NCBI GenBank assembly: GCA_963800705.1
Contig: CAWDBV010000002.1
Coordinates: forward strand, 632,070-696,069
Length of the DNA: 64,000 nucleotides
DNA from: an uncultured Solirubrobacterales bacterium
GTDB lineage: Bacteria > Actinomycetota > Thermoleophilia > Solirubrobacterales > 70-9
Direction of reading: 5' to 3'
Of the stretch, positions 56,199 through 64,000 are shown piece by piece. The notes under the pieces are model-generated. The model searched no databases and was not told where the DNA came from. It saw only the letters and a list, made by a program, of their open reading frames with translations. A program made the translations under genes and the position numbers. Position 1 is the stretch's first letter. The number at the start of each line of letters is the position of its first letter.

Positions 56199-57261
56199 TT
56201 AGGCGGCCCGTTGCCGGGCGTACCGGCTGGCGTGCTGGGCGAAGAAGCGGACGAGCTCGGCCGAGGCGTCCGGTCCCTGCGGGTCGGTGTACGTGCCGTG
56301 CGGGCTCCCGCCGGACCAGGCGTGTCCCGCCCCGTGGATGGTCCACTGCTCGACGAGCGTCGTCCCGTCGCGACGGGAGTAGGCCTGGCGGGTGTAGGCG
56401 CGACCCGCGGGCGCTTCGCCGGTCGTGACGAAGGGGCGTTGCCGGGCCCCGGAGCTCGACAGGGCCGCCCGGACGAGGCCGTCGGCGTTGACGTGGTCGA
56501 CGGTCCGGTCGCTGTCGCCGTGGAACACAATCAGGGGCACCGGGGGCGTGCCGGGGGTCCGCGCACCCTGCGCCATCGCGGCGTAGGCGGAGGGGAGGTC
56601 GTGGGCGGCTCCGGCGGCGAGGCCGGAATGGACGCCCACCGCGGCGTAGACGTCGGGGTAGGCGGCCGCCATGACCGCGGCCATGGCGCCGCCCGCGGAG
56701 AACCCGGCGACGTAGACGCGGCGGGCGTCGAGGGCGTACCCCTCGACAATCTGCTGGGTGAGCCCGGCGATGATCGACGCCTCCCCGCGGCCACGCTGCT
56801 GGTCTTCGGGCTCGAACCAGCTCCAGTACCCCATCGGGTTGGCGCCGCGCGACTGCTGGGGATACGCGACGAGAAAGCCGTGGCGCTCGGCCAGGTGGTT
56901 CATCCGGGTTCCGGCGGCGAAGTCGTCGGCGCTCTGGGTCCCCCCGTGCAGCATGACGATCAGCGGGACGGCCCGAGCGGGGTGCCCGGCCGGCACGTAC
57001 AGCTTGAAGCTGCGCGCCCCCGCCGCGTTGGCGTACGACAGGTCGAGGAAGCGACCGGGGGCGGTCGGGCCGGGACGCGGCCGGGTCGCCGAACCGGGCA
57101 TACGGCCCGGCCCTCGGGGGAGCCGGCTCCAGCAGCGCCTGCAGGTCGGGCAGGCTGCCGCCGCCCGGGCCCTGCTGGAGCAGCGCGGTCGCCTCGGCGA
57201 AGCGTGCGCGTCTCGTCAGCCGGGTCGCTTCGAGCACCCGGGCCAGTCGCTGTTCATCCAT
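56199..57261 (-). CDS. PHB-depolymerase-family esterase (paralogue), 1 frameshift near 57110
   Basis: MDEQRLARVLEATRLTRRARFAEATALLQ in one frame, then GRFLDLSYANAAGARSFKLYVP..LIVMLHGGTQSADDF..VYVAGFSAGGAMAA..HGAGHAWSGG. Confidence 0.75.
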
Positions 57262-57282
57262 CGCGCTTCCTCTCTTCTTCGC

Positions 57283-57679
57283 TCAGACGATGCGGGAGGC
57301 GAGGGCAGCCTTCACCGCGGCGCTGGCGCGGAAGGCCCCCAGCACCTCGACCGAGGCAATCGTCTGCGCGCGCGAGCTCCGGGGAGACGTCGTCGGCGAT
57401 GGAGGCCAGACCGAGCACGCGAATCTGGACGGTCTGCCCCGCCCGCCGCACCTCCTCCAGCTGCGCGCGGGTGAAGTGCTGCGTCCCCAGCACCAGCGTC
57501 CGGCGCGCGACGCTCTGGTCCACCGCCGCCGCCCGGGTGGCGAGCTGGGTGCGGATCGCCGAGCGGATGAAGTCGGTGCGGTTGGCGTAAAAGCCCTCCC
57601 CCACCAGCAGATCGATCTGGCCGAGATCGACGAGCCCGAGATTGATCGTGATCTTCTCGGTCTTTTCGGGCTCCGCCAT
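57283..57679 (-). CDS. Ribbon-helix-helix (CopG/ParD-like) protein, 1 frameshift near 57365
   Basis: KITINLGLVDLGQIDLLVGEGFYANRTDFIRSAIRTQL. The C-terminus continues in the frame of ORF 57283..57690. Confidence 0.55.
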
Positions 57680-57775
57680 CTGGTGACCATCCTTTAACCA
57701 TCTCTACACCATCTGTGGGGATGGTGACATGGATCGTGGGCGCACGCCAGGAGATCGGAGGCGGACAGCGATATC

Positions 57776-57805
57776 TGTCCACCTCGCCCCGGCTGCCGGG
57801 GAGAG
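57776..57805. repeat. REP-like element, half interrupted by IS110
   Basis: 57780-57805 cacctcgccccggctgccggggagag equals the reverse complement of 35170-35195. Confidence 0.8.
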
Positions 57806-57825
57806 CAACTGTGTCGAGTTTTTTT

Positions 57826-59070
<1,245 letters not shown>

Positions 59071-59216
59071 TTTGCGGAGGGCGCCGCCCAGCAGGTTCGG
59101 TGAAACCACGTACCGGGGGCGGGCATTCGCGGGCGAGGGGAAGCTTCGGCGGGCGCACGTGGTAGAAATTCTCGGCGTCACCGGAGGATCCGGGGGGCAG
59201 AAGGGGGAGAGGCGTC

Positions 59217-59750
59217 ATGGTTCCGATGGAGATCGTTCGTCATCTGGAAGGCAACGGCGTGCCGTTTTCCGTGCGGCAGCACCCGCGGGCGGTCAGCGCA
59301 CAGCAGCTGGCGGCCGCGGTCCACGTCAGCGGGTACCGGGTGGCCAAGCCGGTGATGGTGGCCGCCGACGGGCTGCCCTTCATCGCGGTGGTGCCGGCCG
59401 CGGACCGCGTCGACACAGACCGGTTGGCGGCGGCGCTGGGGGCCCGCGAGGTCCGCCTGATGCGCGAAGAGGAGTTCGCCGACCTGTTCGGCGGCTGCGA
59501 GATCGGCGCCGAGCCCCCGCTGGGCTCGCTCTACGGGCTGCCCGTGGTGCTCGACTACCGCCTGGCCCGGTCGGAGCCGCTGGTCTTTCGAGCCGGCTCA
59601 CACGAGGACGCGCTGGAGATGCGCTACGACGACTTCGCCCAGCTCGAGCATCCCCGCCTGGCGGAGTTCGCGATCGCCGAGCCCGCGCTCCCCTGGCGTG
59701 ACGAGGATCGCCTGAAGGACGAAGACCCGGACCGACGCTGGAACTGGTAA
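59217..59750 (+). CDS. YbaK/aminoacyl-tRNA editing (deacylase) domain protein
   Basis: RBS gggggagagg. The pattern HP..SAQQLAA......VAKPVMV...G...AVVPA..RVD...L is typical of YbaK/ProX. Confidence 0.65.
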   Translation: MVPMEIVRHLEGNGVPFSVRQHPRAVSAQQLAAAVHVSGYRVAKPVMVAADGLPFIAVVPAADRVDTDRLAAALGAREVRLMREEEFADLFGGCEIGAEPPLGSLYGLPVVLDYRLARSEPLVFRAGSHEDALEMRYDDFAQLEHPRLAEFAIAEPALPWRDEDRLKDEDPDRRWNW

Positions 59751-59848
59751 CCCGCCGAGTCGGGCGCGTTTCACTTGCGCCGGGTCGGTCGGGCAGGGTC
59801 CTATCGAGGGATGGAACGCGCTCGCGGGATGGGCGTTGGCGTATCTTC

Positions 59849-62717
59849 GTGACGGACACCCCGGACCCAGGGAAGTCAGCCCCGCCAACGACTGCGGACT
59901 GGTCGGAGCTGGCATCGCTCGTCGACCTGCTCCTCGACACGGCTCCCGAGGGGAGAGCCGGGCGCATCGCAGAGCTCAGCGAAGGTGACCCGCTTCGCAG
60001 ATCCAGGCTGGACGCGATCCTCGCGGAGGTCGAGCGGGAACCTGCGCTGTTCAGGCGATCCGCTGCCGACCACTTCGCCGCTCTGCTCGAGGAGGACGTC
60101 GAGCGCTTTCCGGACGCCCTCGCAGAACGCTACCTGGTGAAAAAAGTCATCGGCCGGGGCGAAACCGCCACGGTCTACCTGGCCCGCGACCTCAAGCACG
60201 GGCGCGACGTGGCGGTCAAGGTGGTCCACCCCGTCGTGGCGGCTGCGCTGGGCGCCGATCGTTTCCTCCGGGAGATCGAGATCGCCGCGAAGTTGCACTA
60301 TCCGACGATCGTACCGCTGTACGACTCCGGCACGGCCAGCGGCCACCTGTACTACGTCATGCCGTACGAAGGGGGACTGTCGCTCCGGGAGCGGCTGGCA
60401 CGCGATGGCCCGCTCTCGATCGACGAGGCCGTGCTCATCCTCCGCGACGTCTGCGATGCGCTGGCCCACGCCCACGAGTGGGGCATCGTCCATCGCGACA
60501 TCAAGCCCGGCAACATCTTGCTCGCCGGCCGCCACGCGCTCGTCAGCGATTTCGGCGTCGCGAAAGCGGCCACCGGCGCGACGACGCGTTCGATGTTCAC
60601 CGATGGTCCGATCGTCATCGGCACGCCGTCGTACATGGCGCCCGAGCAGATAGCGGCGGATCCCGGCGTGGATGGTCGGGCAGACATCTACGCCGTGGGG
60701 GTGGTGGCCTACGAGCTCCTGGCGGGACGGCCGCCGTTCATCGGTCCCGCGCGGCAAGATCTTCTGTCCGCGCACCTGGGCGAAGCGCCGGTGCCGATCA
60801 CCACCCACCGGCCCGACGTTCCCGCGCCGCTCGCCGAGCTGGTGATGAAGTGTCTCGAGAAACGTCCGACCGATCGCTGGCAGTCCGCCGGTGAGCTGCT
60901 CTCACGCCTGAACGCCTCGACGGTCGCGGACCGGGCAACCACGCCAGGGCCCGGCGTGCGGCCGCGCCCGAGGCGGACCCTGGCCGTGGCCGCGACGATC
61001 ATCGCCATGTCGGCCGGCATCGCGGTGGCATGGCGATTCGGATCCGAGGCCGATCCGTCCTGGCGCAACCGCTGGTCGAACGCGCGAATCGAGCGACTCA
61101 CCGATTTCCCCGGTGACGAGGTGGACGCCGCGATCTCCGGCAACGGCCAGTTCGTCGCCTTCCTGGCCGACCGCGACGGCGTTTTCGACGCGTTCGTCAG
61201 TCAGATTGGAGGCGGGCAGCTCGTCAATTTGACCGGCGGGAGCTTTCCTCAGCTCTTCAACGAGGATGTGCGCAACGTCGGCTTCTCCGGCGAGGCCGCC
61301 CACGTATGGATCCGCGTGGCGGACATGACGGCGCCGGCGAGCGTGGTTCTGGTGCCGACGCTGGGTGGGCCCGTCCGTCCGTTCCTCGCGACGGCGGTGA
61401 TGGCGGCCTGGTCGCCCGACGGATCGCGGATCGCCTACCACGAGGCAACCCCGGGCGATCCGATCTACGTCGCCGACAGGGACGGCGCGAATCCGCGGCG
61501 CCTCTTCCTGGCGCCACCGGGGGAGCACTGCCACCACCTGAGCTGGTCTCCCGACGGCCGGTACCTGTATTTCTCGCACGGTGTGCCGCCCGACCAGATG
61601 GACGTCTGGCGCGTGCCGGTTGTCGGGGGACGACCGGAGCGGGTGACCCACCACAGCTCGCGCGTGGGGTACCCGGTGCTGGTCGACGATCGAACGCTCT
61701 TTTACACGGCGACCGACGGCGACGGCGGTGGTCCCTCGTTGTTCTCGATGGGCCTGGACGAGGGCATCCCCCAGCGGCTGAGCTCCGGGGTCGAGCACTA
61801 CCTCTCGATCTCGGCCAGCGCCGAGACGCCGGGGCAGCCGAGACGGCTGGCGGCGACGGTGTCCAACCCCAGCGCGCAGCTGTGGACCGTGGCCCTGACG
61901 GGTGGGGTCGCCGAGGAGCAGGCGGCCAGTCGCCTGACGCTCCCCCTGGCCCGCTCCGCGGCGCCGCGTTTCGCTCGGGACGCCTCGCTGTTGTATCTGG
62001 CCTCGCGCGGGGGAGCGGATGCCCTGTGGCGGCTGTCCGGCGACCGGGCGCACGAGATGTGGAAGCCCAGTCTGGGGTCCGTGGTCGGGGCGCCTGCCGT
62101 GTCGCCTGCCGACGGAAGGGTCTGTGTTCCGGTGCGGCGGCAAGGACGGTCGACGTTGTACTGCATGGCGGCGGACGGTTCGGGCGTGCGACCTCTGGCA
62201 GAGCCGCTCGAGGTCAGGGGGCCAGCGTCCTGGTCGCCGGATGGCAAGTGGCTCGCCGTGGCGGCGGCCGACAGCACCGGCGTGCGTATCTTCAGAGATC
62301 CCATCGAACGGAGGTCCTCCGATTCGCCTGACAGATTCGGTCTCGTCCAATCCGGTCTGGTCTCCGGATGGCGCCTTCCTCGTGTATTCGGGAACTCCGC
62401 GCGGTCGGGGCGTCTCCCTGGCGGCGGTCAGGCCGGATGGCCGCCCGTTTCCCATGCCCGACCTGACGGTGGATCGCATCGGAGACAGCTACCGCTTCCT
62501 TCCCGATGGCCAGCACCTCGTGGTCAGGCTCGGCGGCTTCGGGCGCCAGGATTTCTGGTCGTTCGAGATCGCCACCGGCCAGCGGAGACAGCTGACGCGG
62601 CTGCGTCCGGGGGAATCGGTGCGGCGCTTCGACGTGTCACCCGATGGCAAGCGCATCCTCTTCGAGCGGGTGCGCGAAAATTCGGACATCGTCCTCATCG
62701 AGCTGGGGGGGCGTTGA
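59849..62717 (+). CDS. Ser/Thr protein kinase with TM and TolB-like beta-propeller C-terminus, 1 frameshift near 62295
   Basis: Hanks motifs GRGETATVYLA, VAVKV, HRDIKPGNILL, SDFGVA and GTPSYMAPE. Repeated WSPDG blades follow. The tail is in ORF 62019..62717. Confidence 0.8.
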
Positions 62718-62718
62718 G

Positions 62719-63279
62719 ATGTCGGAGGGGAAGCCGCCCACGGACGTCCTCGACGAGCTGCGCACGGGGACGCGCGACGCGCTGGATCATCTCGTGCCCA
62801 TGGTCTACGAGGAGCTTCGATTGATCGCCCATCGCCATCTCGCCGCCCGGAGCGGCGGCGCGACCTTGCAGACGACCGGGTTGGTGCACGAGGTGTATCT
62901 CAAGCTCGTGGATCAATCGCGCGCGCAATGGAAAGACCGTGCGCACTTCCTTGCCCTGGCCTCCCTGGCCATGCGACACGTGCTCGTCGACCGGGCGCGG
63001 GCACAGCTCTCGCTCAAGCGCGGCGGCCCCCAACGGCCCCTCACGCTGGACGAGGAGACGATCCCCGCCGACGATCAGCCGGAAGCGCTCCTGCAACTGC
63101 ACGAGGCCCTGAACCGTCTCGCCGAGGTCGAGCCCCGGTTGGCGCAGATCGTGGAGTGTCGCTTCTTCGGCGGACTCACCGAAGAGGAGATCGCCGAGGC
63201 GCTCGGCCTGGTGGTGCGCACCGTGCAGCGAGACTGGACGAAAGCGCGCATCCTCTTGCGACACGCGCTTTCGCCCTGA
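62719..63279 (+). CDS. ECF-type sigma factor (Sigma70_ECF / TIGR02999-like, ECF43-type)
   Basis: LVPMVYEELRLIAHRHLAARSGGATLQTTGLVHEVYLKLVDQ..WKDRAHFLALASLAMRHVLVDRARA..VECRFFGGLTEEEIAEALGLVVRTVQRDW. The start is 1 nt after the kinase stop. Confidence 0.8.
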   Translation: MSEGKPPTDVLDELRTGTRDALDHLVPMVYEELRLIAHRHLAARSGGATLQTTGLVHEVYLKLVDQSRAQWKDRAHFLALASLAMRHVLVDRARAQLSLKRGGPQRPLTLDEETIPADDQPEALLQLHEALNRLAEVEPRLAQIVECRFFGGLTEEEIAEALGLVVRTVQRDWTKARILLRHALSP

Positions 63280-63346
63280 GTCGGCGATACGTCACCCAGG
63301 CGTCTGTTGTCGTAGTAGCCGGGTTCGCTCGCAGGCTCGCGCCGGC

Positions 63347-64000
63347 TTAGTCGAGGAGGATGCCGGCGAGCGCGAGGGCTGCTGCCGCTCGACCGATGCC
63401 GCTCCCTGCCTCGATGTCGAACCGGTAGTGAATCCCGCCATACACGCGCGAGAGCCCTGCCTCCTCGACCATGGCCTCCAGGCGCGCACGTTCCTTGGGA
63501 AAGGCGTCGCTCAGCACCGCAATCATCGCCCCCGTCAAGCAGGAGTGCCCGGACGGGTACGACGGGTGGTTCGGTAACCCGATCGGCAGGGTGATCGCGG
63601 GTCGGCCTGGGACGGCCGCACGAGCCAGTAGGCGAACTTCGTGTCCCAGCACGCGATCTGGGCGTCGAACATCGCCGCGTTGGCGAAGGCGAGAATCCGT
63701 GCGGCTTCCAGCTCGGTGCTGCCATTTTCGCGGATCAGGCCGTCCGCGATGAGGTTGAGCGATCCGGCGGTGAACGGGCCACTCGACGTGTTCCAGAACT
63801 GAGCGATGGTGAGCTGCTCGGCGGTGCGCGTGTCCGAGATCTGGCGAACTTCGGCCAGCGCCGTGTCGAAGGCAGGCGACCCGAAGGCTGGCGGAGCCGG
63901 CGCTCGAAGCTCATCCGCGGCTTTCAGGAAGAAGGGTCGCGCCCCGTGAAGCGAGCGTACGATCGGGCCTGCCGCCGACGTCCACATTCCCGGACCGACG
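63347..64000 (-). CDS. PAP2/vanadium-haloperoxidase-family protein, partial (runs off the window), 1 frameshift near 63600
   Basis: HPSYPSGHS and GGIHYRFD motifs. The upstream part is in ORF 63535..63987. Confidence 0.65.

Noticed and set aside
54502-57261. 919-aa minus ORF as one protein
   Set aside because: It is a composite. The first ~50 aa are the true esterase N-terminus, followed by an out-of-frame run through the esterase and then the CarboxypepD_reg protein, which has its own GTG at 56121 and its own TM.

Overview
High-G+C (about 70%) window. I read it by eye from the six-frame track, with no searches run, and it appears to have two taxonomically different parts.

(1) 1-7.6 kb is a classic Actinomycetota synteny block. 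It runs MTHFS, a GGDEF diguanylate cyclase, galU, moeA (the glp position), moaC, a MoaB/Mog-type gene, rimJ, a GlpR/SepX-like membrane protein and tRNA-Ala(CGC).

(2) 7.6-12.7 kb is a lower-G+C junkyard. It holds a multiply frameshifted IS110 transposase, a frameshifted SMI1/KNR4 (SUKH) protein, a methyltransferase fragment, a tandem-GFA protein, a PIN remnant, an orphan ORF and a tRNA-like T-arm fragment.

(3) 12.7-64 kb looks Myxococcota-like:
- a MYXO-CTERM metalloprotease and a DUF1552/DUF1592 pair
- an ECF sigma factor fused to a TM helix and CarboxypepD_reg repeats
- MltB and VapBC
- a PQQ-sugar-dehydrogenase/NPCBM/CBM6 giant protein, translationally coupled to an HMBD protein
- LTD-CotH kinase and an ADOP permease
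- two PHB-depolymerase-family esterases
- a REC-MBOAT-SGNH operon, PhoD and a Ser/Thr kinase with an ECF43-type sigma factor

Most notable finding: an intact IS110-family element (57806-58963) sits exactly inside one copy of a roughly 125-bp REP-like palindromic repeat family (other copies near 35.1, 35.3 and 39.4 kb). It has a CT core at both junctions. Its 5-prime leader contains 10-mers that match its own target and donor junctions, so it is a candidate bridge RNA.

Many genes are interrupted by apparent frameshifts, one by an in-frame TAG and one by a large internal deletion. Assembly error, a chimeric contig or real gene decay all need to be ruled out. No CRISPR array or rRNA was seen. 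Several very long ORFs in the track are antisense or read-through artefacts of the G+C content.
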